Shown in pieces: positions 22,670 to 36,200 of a DNA stretch of 64,000 nt (position 1 is the stretch's first letter; every line of letters starts with the position of its first letter). Made by a program: the position numbers and the translations under genes. The notes below the pieces were generated by a model that made no database searches, was not told the DNA's origin, and was given only the letters and a program-made list of their open reading frames with translations. The stretch lies in the NCBI GenBank assembly GCA_965644265.1, contig OZ286472.1, positions 13,950,001 through 14,014,000 of the forward strand, in the 5' to 3' direction. The stretch is from Glycera tridactyla. Lineage: Eukaryota.

Positions 22670-22847
22670 CAGTCGAACCTTCTCTTAAGACCACCTCTCT
22701 ATAACGACCACTTCGCTATAAAGACCACCCTGAGCTGCGACTGTGGAAGTATTTACAACAGAAAATGACCTCTCTATAAAGACCACCTGCCCATGAAGAC
22801 CACTTTTTGATGCAACCGAGGGTGGTCTTTATTGAGAGGTTCGACTG
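22670..22847. mobile_element. pogo/Tc1-like MITE, family A
   Basis: TA|CAGTCGAACCT...AGGTTCGACTG|CA. Confidence 0.9.
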
Positions 22848-23290
22848 CATTCTTTCTTTCGAAAATTATTGGTCACAATTTTAAATTCAGGAAACTCCTG
22901 GGTTCATTTCTTTGAGATTTCTTTGCAGGGCTTGACACTAACATTTTCAGCTTTTCCACCAAATCATGTATGCTCACCCAAACGTGTAATGCACTTTCCC
23001 TCATACTTGAGGTTTACCAATATCCTTCGATCAACTTGCTGTAATCCACTAGTCCAAACATCAAATTTACATTCCTCTGGCGATTGGGCAACCAGGACCT
23101 CTGACATTAAGCTCTGATATCATATGCATTCAAAACAGTATCGGTGCTCCCAATTGCTTTTGTTTCTTGTGTACATATGCAATTAAAAGTACAGTCGAAC
23201 CTGCTCTAAAGACCACCTCTCTATGAAGACCGCCTGAGCTACGACCGTGGTAGTATTTTCAACACTTGTGTACATATGCAATTAAAAGTA

Positions 23291-23465
23291 CAGTAGAACC
23301 TGCTCTAAAGACCACCTCTCTATAAAGACCACCTCTATGAAGACCGCCTGAGCTGCGACCGTGGTAGTATTTTCAACAGTAAATGACCTCTCTATAAAGA
23401 CCACCTGCCCATTAAGATCACTTTTTGATGCGACCGAAGGCGGTCTTTATAGACAGGTTCAACTG
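23291..23465. mobile_element. pogo/Tc1-like MITE, family A, preceded by a partial duplicate (23192-23264)
   Basis: TA|CAGTAGAACCTG...CAGGTTCAACTG|TA. Confidence 0.9.
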
Positions 23466-24424
23466 TACTTATATGCAATATTTCTACTTAGGTATCAATG
23501 ATATGGGTGTTCAATCTTTCAGATCTCGGGGTATCCAGTACATTTTACTATGGGTATAGGTGCACTCAAAATGGTGTAGGTGCTCAAATTACCATAGTTT
23601 TCATACCGGACTCTTTAAATTTGAATGGACTTTTTTGAAACTCATTATTGCAATATCATAAACATGTACCTCAGCTGGAGTGTCCACTATCCAGATTTTC
23701 TGTGAGCCAATCCTGAATCCTGAATTATTAGCCAGTCTTAGAATTTCAGCTGCTGCTTGATATTTTATTGTGCGTTTCCTAGGGGTAATAGATTTGATAG
23801 CCCTTAACTACCACCACTCCTGCCACATAGACTGGTGATATGACTGTAGTTTATCCACCACAAGGCTTTTAGAGAAATGCTGAATGGAGAGGGTGTTCAG
23901 TTGTTTGTGAGTTGAATCAGAAGTCATCTTGACGGCATTCATTGTTTTGACCTTATCTGTTCTCCTTCTGACAACCTACCACTTGTGCTCCTCCATCAAC
24001 TTGATGGAATCAGGCAACAAATTTGGATGAAAATAAAAATGGGTGACACACATTCAGTGATCTCACTCATCTCTTGAGCATGTACATCCCAAACCCACCC
24101 CGCCCTAATGGTTTTGTTTTTTGTTGTGAAGCATATACAGGGATGTGATTGTTCCACTTCTTCACGGATTCCCGGGTCTTTGATCATCATTCAGCTATCC
24201 ATGTACATGTATATGGCAGAGAAGAGGACTTTGTGCTGATTATTTTGGATTTCGGATCATGAAAATCAGACCAGTATTCATGGAGATGGAGCATGTTTTA
24301 ATGAAGTTTTGGTAGCCATTAGTCAGCAGTTGTTGAGGTTTTATTGGTCGGAAAAATATTGGTGAATATCACCTCATGTCAGGTTTACGGGGGTTTTGGT
24401 TGTCAAGCCAATCACATCCCTGTA

Positions 24425-24526
24425 CAGTGAAACCTGCGACGAGAGACCACCCTAAATGTCACCAAAAAGCGGTCTCTCAAAAGAGGTGGTCTCTCGTCAG
24501 GGGGTCTCTCGTCGCAGGTTTCAATG
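24425..24526. mobile_element. pogo/Tc1-like MITE, family B (GAGAGACCAC motif), short
   Basis: TA|CAGTGAAACCTGCGACGAGAGACC...GGTCTCTCGTCGCAGGTTTCAATG|TA. Confidence 0.9.
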
Positions 24527-24755
24527 TATATAGTCTGAATCCTTTATTGATCTATTGAAGAAGTTCATGACAAATTATGGAGGTACATGTTCATAAAACT
24601 ATCATGAAACATCACCATGATGTATTGGAGCAGTTGCTGCCTCTCGGTAAAGAATTTGCCGAATCTGTTCCCCATCCTGAAATGCAGAAGTAGGTATGGG
24701 TGATGAGAACTTTTCAATTTTCTTCAACATTGGTTTCAATTGATGGCTCAATATA

Positions 24756-24899
24756 CAGTTGAACCTCCCTATAAAGGCCACCTTCGGTTGCATCAAAAAG
24801 TGGTCTTTATAGAGAGGTCATTTACTGTTGAAAATACTACTACGGCCACAGCTCAGGGTGGTCTTTATAGAGAGGTGGTCTTTAGAGGAGGTTCGACTG
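24756..24899. mobile_element. pogo/Tc1-like MITE, family A
   Basis: TA|CAGTTGAACCT...AGGTTCGACTG|TA. Close to the 17140 copy. Confidence 0.9.
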
Positions 24900-25057
24900 T
24901 ATCAGGAACTTGTGTTCCGTGTATACATGCTTACTCAGATTCAGCATTTTTCCGGATGTATTGATCAAGTAGCTCCTGACATGATATAAAAGAACCTGGT
25001 CAAGAGACCAACTCTCCAAATGTCACCTGTCTGTAAGGACCACATCTCAGTCTTTCG

Positions 25058-25273
25058 CAGGGAAAATTTTGCACTGTGCCCTGTTGCAAATGGCACATAA
25101 AGTTGTGAAAGGGCACATTAAACCATATATCTTGTGCCCAGAAGGCACATGGAATATTCCATATTTTGATATGATTACATGGTTTGAGGCACACACAAAT
25201 CCGAAATGGCACATGAAATCTGCATCAATATGCCCGAAAGACCCATAATTATTCCCGAGCAAGAAAACCCCTG
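25058..25273. mobile_element. CAGGG-ended hAT-like MITE (GGCACA subrepeats)
   Basis: CAGGG...CCCTG termini flanked by direct CTTTCG. An inverted second copy lies at 46931-47144. Confidence 0.75.
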
Positions 25274-25618
25274 CTTTCGCCAGGCCCTACACAGTTCTAC
25301 TATCGGCATTCATATTAAGCAGCCCATCTCGGTTTAACATTACCCCTTCCTGCCTCTATGAACTGAAATGACCCTGTTCCTTGAGATTAGATGCAGGTGG
25401 GTTGGGATCAGACTTGTCGAGATGTGGCAGGCCCTGAGATACTAGGTATGGCAGAGATGACCTTTGTAATAGAATCATGCTGAGCTGAATTGACAGGTCA
25501 ATCTGGCTAGAGTACTGCTGGGGCTTCCTCGATCTGAGAATACATGTACTCCATCCATTCATATAATCACCAGGAACAGTACTGCTGGGCCAACTTGGTT
25601 TTGAGAGCCCCATGAATT

Positions 25619-25817
25619 CAGGGCTCTACAATGCTACCTGTAGATAGCTATAAAATTCAACCTTTGGCTACCATCTCTTAAAAGTTAGGAACTAATGGCC
25701 CCTAAAATTTTGAGAGATCAGTGTTTTGTCTGGGTAACCCATTTTTGGCACTGGCTACCAAAAATATCAACTTAAGGGCCAGTTGGCTTTGAGATATATG
25801 GCCAATATGGAGCCCTG
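25619..25817. mobile_element. CAGGGCTC-ended hAT-like MITE
   Basis: CAGGGCTCTACA...TGGAGCCCTG, with flanks GAATT / GAATA. Confidence 0.6.
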
Positions 25818-27133
25818 GAATATTGAGGTCATTTCCTACTTAGGGCCAGGCCTTGACCATTACAGATAGAAAAGCAGTCTCAGATGCGGGATTCCCATAG
25901 AGGGGGTTCTGTCATTGCTGTTGTCACTACAGACAGCCAGATCGTTATTTCAACCTGATAGGTCGTTATCTCTCCTCAGATCGTTATCCGTATCTCCCCC
26001 CCAGACAGGGTGATAGATAACTGACCTAAGAATCTCGGTCAGATAAATAACGATCTGAGCCAACCTGGGCTCAGATCGTTCAGGTTGTTCTGTATGTTTA
26101 CACGAGATGGCTCCAGTAGTTGTGAGCTGGGCAGAATTATCCCCCATGGGGTTGACGCACCAGATAGCCCTGCACCACTACACCACAAGCGGTTACAGTA
26201 CATGCCCCAGCAGCCTGTCACCAGGGCTTGTATAGGGTAAGAGGGCGCACTTCTCCCGATTCCTGTAATGGGGTCAATATCCCTCCCCCTTCTCTCATAC
26301 TTATCGTGGCCATCTCCACATCTCCACTACACAGAATTTATATTGCTACTGCATTACCAGCACTCTTGAGCATCTCCCAGCTACCCAAATAGTCAATATA
26401 AATGACATAATTTATCTTTACACAAATTGGAGATGATAACATATGATGAATCATCATATAATTATAGTTCTTTTATTTCTGTGTTATCAGGATTCTTTGG
26501 GGTGTTCATGTGAAATATGGAGGAGGTCATATGGATGTATTTATACATTCTTCCCATCCTGCCTGCCTTTCTGTCTGTCTGTCTGTCTGTCTGTCTGTTT
26601 CCCTCTCCCTGTCCAAATTATTCAATTCCAAAAAACTATCATACTCATCATATCCCATGTTTTATAATTTGTGTTGATCTCCAGCAGTGGGACCATCTCG
26701 CTTTACATTCAACATTTTGATGCAATAATGTACTTAATTTCTCATAAATGAGTGTGCATGTTTNNNNNNNNNNNNNNNNNNNNNNNNNNNNNNNNNNNNN
26801 NNNNNNNNNNNNNNNNNNNNNNNNNNNNNNNNNNNNNNNNNNNNNNNNNNNNNNNNNNNNNNNNNNNNNNNNNNNNNNNNNNNNNNNNNNNNNNNNNNNN
26901 NNNNACAGGCTGCCTTTGTGGAGAGGTTGTTTACAGTTGAGAGAATTACTGTAGCTTGAGGTCCCCTGTATATGCCGGTGGACTTTGCATAAAGGTGATT
27001 TTTAGCAGGTTGTGCTGTAATTCCATGTTTGGGCCCAGCAAATCTGACCTACATGTTTATGAATTGCATATATCAGAAAAACTGAATTACCTAACAATTT
27101 TCACTTCCCTGGTCACACCTACAAGCATGTCAT

Positions 27134-27134
<1 letters not shown>

Positions 27135-27175
<41 letters not shown>

Positions 27176-27340
27176 TTTTTAGTGATAGAAATCATGTCAG
27201 AGACATATTTCCAGATTGTACTGGCAACAGGTCCATGAAATGTGTTCCAAATGCCCAAATTATTTTTTGGCTTGTATGGGATTTGAACCATCAACCCTCC
27301 AGTTTGGCACCCTCGCCAGCAACAAACTGCCAACGCTCTT
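27135..27340 (-). mobile_element. tRNA-derived SINE-like element with (TG)n tail; 3' part repeated at 27453-27554
   Basis: B-box-like GGTTCAAATCC on the - strand near 27280 and a (TG)n tail. The second copy runs into an N-gap. Confidence 0.35.
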
Positions 27341-28153
27341 GTCCTCTGCCCCACGGCAGATCCACAAAAATGGATCTGCAATGGACGCAGTTAAGCCAGA
27401 GCGCTGGCATTGTGTTACCCCCAGAGGTCAATGTATCACAAAACCTGGCACTCACACACACATTTTTTAGTGATAGAAATCATGTCCGAGACATATTTCC
27501 AGATTGTACTGGCAACAGGTCCATGAAATGTGTTCCAAATGCCCAAATTATTTTNNNNNNNNNNNNNNNNNNNNNNNNNNNNNNNNNNNNNNNNNNNNNN
27601 NNNNNNNNNNNNNNNNNNNNNNNNNNNNNNNNNNNNNNNNNNNNNNNNNNNNNNNNNNNNNNNNNNNNNNNNNNNNNNNNNNNNNNNNNNNNNNNNNNNN
27701 NNNNNNNNNNNNNNNNNNNNNNNNNNNNNNNNNNNNNNNNNNNNNNNNNNNNNNNNNNNNNNNNNNNNNNNNNNNNNNNNNNNNNNNNNNNNNNNNNNNN
27801 NNNNNNNNNNNNNNNNNNNTTTCAAAATTGGAGGCATTTGTCCCCTTAAATTTGACACTCAATTCAAAAAGTGCAAACTCTTGCTGTCCTAGGGGTATTG
27901 TGGCCCCTGATTGCCTAGCAAAGGGGCCCAAACTCACAAAATGTGTTAAATGCCCCCTGGATACAACCCTGTGGCATGTTGTGCAAATACATGCTGAGAT
28001 GTAAGAGATCCAGTGGGTTGCTATGTATGCAGTCACTAATGTGCAGACCCCTGCACACCTCCTGCCAAAACTGGCTATCAATCAAATGAGATCTACTCAG
28101 CAGATAAATGACTTTGTGAACAGTATTTTCACACTGATATTTTAAGGCAATTA

Positions 28154-28310
28154 CAGTCGAACCTGCTCTCGATACCACCTCTCTATAAAGACCACCTGAG
28201 CTGCGACTGTAGTATTTTTAACAGTAAATGACCTCTCTATAAAGACCACCTGCCCATAAAGACCGCTTTTTGATGCAACCAAAGGTGGTCTTCATAGACA
28301 GGTTCAACTG
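28154..28310. mobile_element. pogo/Tc1-like MITE, family A
   Basis: TA|CAGTCGAACCTG...CAGGTTCAACTG|TA. Confidence 0.9.
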
Positions 28311-29326
28311 TATATCCAAATTTACCATGACATTGCTTCTGTATAGCCTTTGAATTATCGGTATCAGTTCTACCTGATGAGGATAACGGGAGAGGGTGAA
28401 TATCAAAGCCCTATCAACATCATGACAAAATGCTCATGGTCAGCAAGTTGTTTATGTAACAGCTCACTTCCCCCTGTCAAAGGTCATTGAGGGTAGCTGA
28501 GATGCCATAAAACCATAGAACTTTATCTCTCTAACCTAGCAGAGGGGAGGCAGCATGCGCTATGTACCTCTATGCATAAAACTCATTATGTATCCATCAC
28601 CCCCCCCCCCCCACACACACACACACAACACTGATAGATAACACCTGTTGTCAACAAGTGAGTCACAGCATGAAGCTTCTTCAAGATCTTTCCTTTCCCT
28701 GGGGTTGGATATCCAGGAATAAATTGTCTTATGCACAATTCATTCTAACACTGACCCCTGATTTTTTTCAATTTCCACTAAATAATCAGATGTTTTTGTG
28801 TCCCTCCATCACCATGTCCAAGGAATCAGCCATAGCAAACATCGCCTGGTCATTCAATAGAAAACAGACAAAAAGTGTCAATAATCAAGAGATCCATGAA
28901 AAGAGAATGAACCCACATTGCCAATTTTTGCCAGTAACCTTTTCCAATGCCTAGAAGTGTAGGACCTGGTTGAATATTCATCCAAACACAGCTTTTAGTG
29001 ATACTTGTGACTGCTGATTAATGAAGGTATCCCCACAAATCTTTATGCTACAGATATCACACTTGTCTTTTCTCATGTTGATAGCCTTCAGGCTAGCCAA
29101 TACATGTTTTTCCAGTGGTGTCTGAGTTATTGAGAGGTGCTATTCCACATCTGTTCATGGGGATGGAGAACCTGATCTTTGACAGCAAAAATGACAATAA
29201 AAATCCAGCACAGACTGTGAATCACTCCCAACAGATTCATGAAATATTAATTGACATTATGCAATTGAGAGCCACAAACTGATTTCAGGCATATTGGTCC
29301 AACTATACATATAGTCCATTTGTCTA

Positions 29327-29381
<55 letters not shown>
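29327..29381. repeat. (CAGA)n microsatellite
   Basis: Direct reading. Confidence 0.95.
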
Positions 29382-29382
<1 letters not shown>

Positions 29383-30462
29383 TGGACAATAGACAGTGCT
29401 TTATTTTTGCACAACAGGCGGTTTACCAGCAGTGCTCATGGTAATATAGCAAATACAATCGCGACTAGAATCAGCCACACGTGGCTGATATTCAGCTGTG
29501 ACCTGTTGAGAAAATCATGGATTATTGTCATTATATATATAGTGAATATATCCAAGACTAAGCGGGTTTTTGGCGGAAATATATAAAATATCAGAGTAGG
29601 AATGCTCATTACATCTTGGTAGACCATCAGAATACCTTAATTGCATACTGATGTCTCAAAATCACTAATGGACAAGAGAATATTCCTGAATTTCAAGAAT
29701 TTCCATAGAGAAACATCCAAATGGACAAGAAGATACTTTCAGATTACAACTCAAGGGGGTTTCCCTTTCCAATATTCTCTTTTAAATGTTACAAGACAGA
29801 CAGACAGACATGCCTATCAGATAGCTGGATGGATGAGTGGATGGGTGGATGGATGGATAAATGGAAGAGCAAGAGAATGGGAGAGAGACAAAGGGAGAGA
29901 GAGAGGAACAGACAGAACACATGCATGCACATGCAGGTACACACACACAAATACACAAACACCCACACACACACATGCAGTGATGGAGGATTTGTGCCAT
30001 GCGCATACGCGACTCTCAAATTCTATGCAAGTTTCACATTCCATTCCCAGACCGAGGCTACCAGGGTAAACAGGCTCCGCCCACCCTCCTACTACATTGG
30101 AAAAGCATGGCAACTGCAACAGCATCATCACTTTCTACACCTAAAAGCAATAGCTATCCCTCCTGTTCTGTGCTGGGATTCCAAGCATCTTGAGTAAAAC
30201 ATCCACTTGCCATACCAAAAATGTCCCTCAGATGTACGAGTCAGAAAAGAGTGGATCACAGTAATAAGAAGAGATGACAGGCCAACAGGTCCCCGTGGTC
30301 GCACTAGTGAGTGTTGATACGGGGAGAGCAGTGAGAGGGAGTTGCACCTCCCATGGTAACAGGGTGCATCCTGTACCCCTACTACACGTAATTTGACCTG
30401 GACTGTGGTCAGCTGCTCTAATCTGTATCCAGCCTGGGTCAAATCTGATTGAGAGGGGAGGG

Positions 30463-30498
<36 letters not shown>

Positions 30499-32488
30499 AT
30501 GCACATGCACATGTGCACATTCATTATGTGAATGGGGATGGTTATTTCATCATTTCACCAGCACCAGTGGGCTATATTGAGAAGGGTGGAATTATTCATG
30601 ACCATTGGATCACCAACAGGTGGTAGTTCATGATTTTTCCCCAGAGATTCAAGTGGTCATTTCTGACATGATGCATGCATTCATTTGTGTCAATTGGGCC
30701 TACCTTAATGGAAACAAATTATATTGCACCAAGGAGAGAAATATTCAGGAATCGAGGCAATTATCCATCAGTGAATAGGAATGGTTATGGGTAAAAAGGA
30801 ATGAAATAGAGAAAAAACTATCCAGGAAACAGCCGCACAAAACAGCAATAACCATTTCCATGGTAGGAAGGACACTGAAAATCAAGTTGACTNNNNNNNN
30901 NNNNNNNNNNNNNNNNNNNNNNNNNNNNNNNNNNNNNNNNNNNNNNNNNNNNNNNNNNNNNNNNNNNNNNNNNNNNNNNNNNNNNNNNNNNNNNNNNNNN
31001 NNNNNNNNNNNNNNNNNNNNNNNNNNNNNNNNNNNNNNNNNNNNNNNNNNNNNNNNNNNNNNNGAATGGAGGGGTTAAATGGGATAGGAGTCCATTCAGT
31101 CTGTTGTAAATTAGAGGGCAATAAAGTAGCAGGGGGTCAAGTGGCCGGACATCAGGCATCAGCACCAGTGTTTCACCCTGTCTTACCCCCCTCCCCACCC
31201 ATGTCCCCATGCAGCTGGCCACACTGCATACTGAGACCGCATGTTACTCAGTTAAACCAGATCTTTCCTCTCCTCTCATCTCATAAATGTAGTCTTCATC
31301 AAAATAAGTGACACCTTTGGAGATGTGCCTGGACCCTGGTGCCTCTGAGGTAGATTTGAATTAGTTAACAACAAAAGAAGAGATGAAAGTTGGAACCTTT
31401 AAAAACTTTGGGATCACTGTGATTACAAGTCATGATGCTAGCACATGGCAAATGTTTACCCTTGTAGCCTCGCTCTGGCTACCCACTTAATATTCATGAG
31501 GCAATATTAAGAGTCCCGCATGTGTTTATGTCAACCCACCATGACCTGACCATAGAGTAATGACCCTGTCCCTGAACACCCCAATCCAGATTGGCTGGCA
31601 GCATGATTAATTGCACCAGCTGCCAAAAATGAGTTCAATGTCGAGCTTTTCTCTCTGTGAATGCACTATAGCCATAGAGTAATGACCTACAATCCTAGGG
31701 TGATTACTCTATGCTATAGCTGAGAAAACAGAAGTAGTCATAAATATGTTTCTCTAATTATCCACTGGACAGAAAAAGGAAAGATCTCTTATTTTAATAC
31801 AAAATTTGGAAGGATGTTTGTTGCAGAGAATATTGAAGGGTTTGCGAGGAGAGGCTGCATCTTATCAGCATGGTACATGTTTTTACTCGCAATTGGTGAC
31901 CTGTGGCTTGCAACGTAGAGCCCTTTCATATGAGATGAAAAACTGTCTTGGCGACCAAAAAAGTGGCTGGTGACCAAATTAAAGATCAGTGTGCTATTAA
32001 ATATAGTGCCTGGCGACCAAAGATTCTTAGAAGCCAGCTGGCTACAAAGACGTGCTGTACTATAAATTTTTACTGACTATTCATGGAAACACATTTTGGT
32101 CCAACTAGGCCTTTCTCACCCAATATGCAAACTCTGCCTCTCATATGAAAGCAAGGCTACACTCACAAGCTACTCACACCATTACCACATGGCTGGTCAG
32201 TAACATAGCATTTGTGTGATGCTGGACCTTGATGGATTAAATCGATTGTATTACATGTATTATTACCATCTGACAAAATAACATATCGAGAGGAAGTGCA
32301 TGCTGAGCAGCATAAAGATGTTTGTTGTTGAACATTAAGTCTTCACTCAGGAGGCCACTGGTTCTGACTAAAATGACAACTGCCACGGATAGCTACCATC
32401 TCTACTGAGAGTAGAAGGCCTTCCCTTCCCCAAATCTTTAATCGTCAGTACTGGCTTGTAATGATCCAGTGTGTGTGTGTGTGTGTTT

Positions 32489-32536
<48 letters not shown>

Positions 32537-32625
32537 CTACGTACTGAAAAAATTGAAAAGAATCATCAATATGTTGATGTTAGAGAGTTGTATTCCATGA
32601 CAAATAGCCCCTCAAAGTCACTATA

Positions 32626-32770
32626 CAATAAATCCTCTCTTGGGAGACTGCCCTAAATGCCAACCACAAGGGGTCTCTCAAGAGAGGTGGTCTCTCATTG
32701 GAGGTATATTTGACTATGTCAAATAAAAAGAATGATCCCATGAAAAGCAGTCTCAAAAGAGGTTTCACTG
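32626..32770. mobile_element. pogo/Tc1-like MITE, family B, degenerate left end
   Basis: Right end AGGTTTCACTG|TA. Internal similarity to the 39024 and 52587 copies. Confidence 0.75.
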
Positions 32771-32808
32771 TACACTGAAACCTGGGACAAAAGCTTCTCG
32801 AAGAGAGA

Positions 32809-33030
32809 CAGGGCTCTACATTAACTTTTTTCTTCAGCTGTCCTTCGGGCAGGTGAAATAGGGTTTTTACCTGCCCTCCTGGTCATTTTCACCTGCCCTC
32901 CTGCATATAATCATAACCCAAATAATGATCGAGTACCTGCCCATCGGGCAGGCAGATCGATGAAATCACTTGCCCTAACAGCAAATCTGCCTGCCTGTGC
33001 CAGTAGGGCAACCATTAGCGTAGAGCCCTG
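32809..33030. mobile_element. CAGGGCTCTAC-ended hAT-like MITE (ACCTGCCC subrepeats)
   Basis: 11-bp perfect TIR with direct AGAGA flanks. Related copies at ~42176-42397 and ~39890-39975 (partial). Confidence 0.8.
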
Positions 33031-33150
33031 AGAGATCCCCTGCTTTCAGGGACCACTATTTGGGAGCCCCGCCTCTATTCGAGATAATCTAATATACCTT
33101 TAATAGAGACTTTGAATAGACTTGTTTCATAGGACTATATTAGTGATATA

Positions 33151-33299
33151 CAGTCCAACCTGTCTATAAAGGTCATCTTTGTTTGCAGCAAAGTGTGACC
33201 GGTGGTCTTTATAGATAGGTAAATTACTGTTGAACATACTATCACAGTCCATCTCAGGGTGGCCTTTATAGGCAGGTGGTCTTCAGACAGGTTCAACTG
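33151..33299. mobile_element. pogo/Tc1-like MITE, family A
   Basis: TA|CAGTCCAACCTG...CAGGTTCAACTG|TT. Confidence 0.85.
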
Positions 33300-36200
33300 T
33301 TTATAGGATGGTCTCTTGTCCCAGGTTTCATTGTGTTCCTACATTGATTCATACGGTGAAATCTGCCTACTCTCAGCTGAGCCTATACTCTATGTAGGGG
33401 GATATATGGAGAGGGGATGGGGGGGGGGGGGGGGTGTCACTGCAGGTGGATATTAGGATAGCACCTGACCGTCATTAGCCTATTTACACAAGTTGAGATT
33501 GGAGTTCTATTATTTCATTACCAGCCCAGTCATTTGATGGAAAACAAGTTATTAGTAGCTGTACTGAATAAAAAGAAGAATGATTCCTTTGCTCAGCAAT
33601 ATCCCACAAGTGAGGAGGATTAGGAGATTCATCTGTGTCACTATCTCCGACTTGGGCATCCTGTGCATAACACAAATCTGCATATTGGGATCAGTGGGGA
33701 AATGGCGGATCACATTGGAAATCAATTATTGGATGATTCAAATAAATAGCATTCACACCTCTACCAATCTCACATGAACATATCTAATTTATAGTAACTG
33801 GTTGGAGGCTGACACTCAAGCCCCAAGGAAACAGGTTGTGTATTGTCATTTCATTAACACCCCCATCCCCCTCCAAGGCTAACTCCCCTCTCAGTCATAG
33901 GTCCCTCCAGACCATAGAGTTAGAAGAGGGTATACTCTATATATTCAGCTCTATGCTCCCGACAGAATTACCTCAGCCAGAGGGAGAAGTGTGATCTCAT
34001 TAAAATGCACAGATCTCTAGTAGGGCGGATTTGATGGGTGACCACCTCATGAGGAATCCAAGAGTGATAATAGAGACCCGACAATTTCTGTGGTCCACCA
34101 GCTCCCTCATATATGGAATGTACACATTGGCCCATCTTGATACAAATACAATCAAACATGTTCTAATCTAGGGCTCCATGCTGGGACCTCCCCTATTGGT
34201 ACGAAAAGGAAAACTGATAGATAAGGCAGGTGATTTTTGGAACTGCCTACCCTTTCAAAACAGTCTGTCACCCTCCCTCACATCTCTCAATGTACACATT
34301 AGCCCATCTTGATACGGATAAAGTAAAACATGTTCTAATCACAAGGTCACTCAAATTTATGAAACTGTGACTCTGAGGTATATGCTCAACACTGGTCATG
34401 AACACTTGGATAATCTGAGCTGAAATGAAAGCCAGAAATGTAAAAGTTTCATGCCTGTTCCATGTGCATTTGGCCAAACTAACTGCGTATAACCATCACT
34501 GAATTGTTTCTCAAGGCAGGTAACTCCCCTCTTTGCATTATTTATGTATTATTCAGCTATTATATCCAATACAATGATTCAAATCCCACCATTTCATGTT
34601 CTCATCATAGTTGGGACCCATGATCTTCCATCTCCGTCACATATCCGGTGGGACTGATGGTAAGTGCGCCATGATCAGAATGATAAACAACAGAGTTTTT
34701 CCTGGTAAATCGTCATGTAGACGTGTAATCGCAGCAACACCGAATCTCGGATGTTTTGTTGTGAAATTTTAGTTTGGTATGATAACAGAAGATTTGATGG
34801 TATTTTCTGCATGTTCAGAAATTGCTCATTGTGTCAAAAAATTGCATGTTTGGAATTGCAAAACCGATCATGCAAAATCTTTTTTTTGCAATATTTCCGC
34901 ATTCAAAAATCATAGGAAATTCATTCATGAAGTAATTCAAAGAATAATCATGGAACTAAACATATGAATATATTCAGTCAATACGAAATATTTTCTTCCA
35001 TGTGGAAAATCAGCAATAATTGCTTTCGCTATACCTCAGAATGAGAGAATTTTTGCCAGTTGGTAGATATTTAAAGTATAAGTTAAAACAGAAAAATTAT
35101 TTGATTTGATGGGTTGCTAAGCTATGAAGAAACATAGTCATCTTAACTATTTCTATTTTTTTTCATTTCATTTCAGGAAAAAATTATCCTGAGAAATTTC
35201 GTTAAGCTTGCTAGCCAAAACGGTCGAAAAAGCATCAACAACCACTTGAAACTTGATTTGTGGATCAAATCAAGAATCCTGCAAAGCACTATTTATATGA
35301 AAAACTTTGGTTCTTGATGAATAAAAACTGAATTTCATTTAATGATAATAAGGCCTAAAATATTGATGAAGAAAAAAATATGAAGAAAGTGAAGGCCTGA
35401 TGTTATTCAAATACACACATTTTAGTGTTGTTGTAGTTGTTGGTGGTGGTGGTGGCGGCAGCAGAGGTGGTGACCTAGTAGCTGAGAGATGAAAGGAGGG
35501 CCAATCATCCTATAGCTCAAGTCAGGAAAAGTCAGATACCCCTTCAGGGTGTGAGGTTGAATATGAGCCAGTCAGATGTCCTTCATGCAAGAGGCATTCT
35601 TGATAGTTTTATTACGGCCAGAATGTGCAAGTTCAACTCCCACTATAAACCCATCCGATTACCATGGATGAATGCTTATCGCTTGGGCTAGGGGGTGGGG
35701 AGAAAGTCCAGCTGGATAGACCTATGACTGCTCTAACCTTTGCCCTCTTAGAGGTCATATTTCAAACACCCCACATACTTTATTGCTGGGTCATTTCACC
35801 AATGTAGGTGGTCCTGAATTTCACTCTTGCTGCCATGGTAGAGGTCCACATATTTGAGTGAAATGTTCTCTAGTCTTGAGGCATGGAAGTCTATATCAAG
35901 GTTGGTGTTTTCTGAGTACATGAATCGAACATTACGAATGATAGTGAAATCCGCAATACAGATTGCCCTAAATGCAGAGATGCCAACCATTATGATCTTG
36001 GTGTAATGATCCCTCATTATTAGCAAACATTTTGCCATATTATGTGTAATTTTGATGGATGAGATATTGAGGAATCTCTTATTTCAGTATTGCAAATATT
36101 GCCATCATTACTTTTAGAGATTGCCATCAGTACTAATTTCGGTCATCAGAGGTTGACATCCCTGTGTATGTGATTGAAATGTGGCCTCTCAAAAAAGATA

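Larger units (their letters stand above)
32773..33333. mobile_element. family B-type MITE carrying two nested insertions
   Basis: TIRs CACTGAAACCTGGGACAA / TTGTCCCAGGTTTCATTG (17/18 match). Confidence 0.7.
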
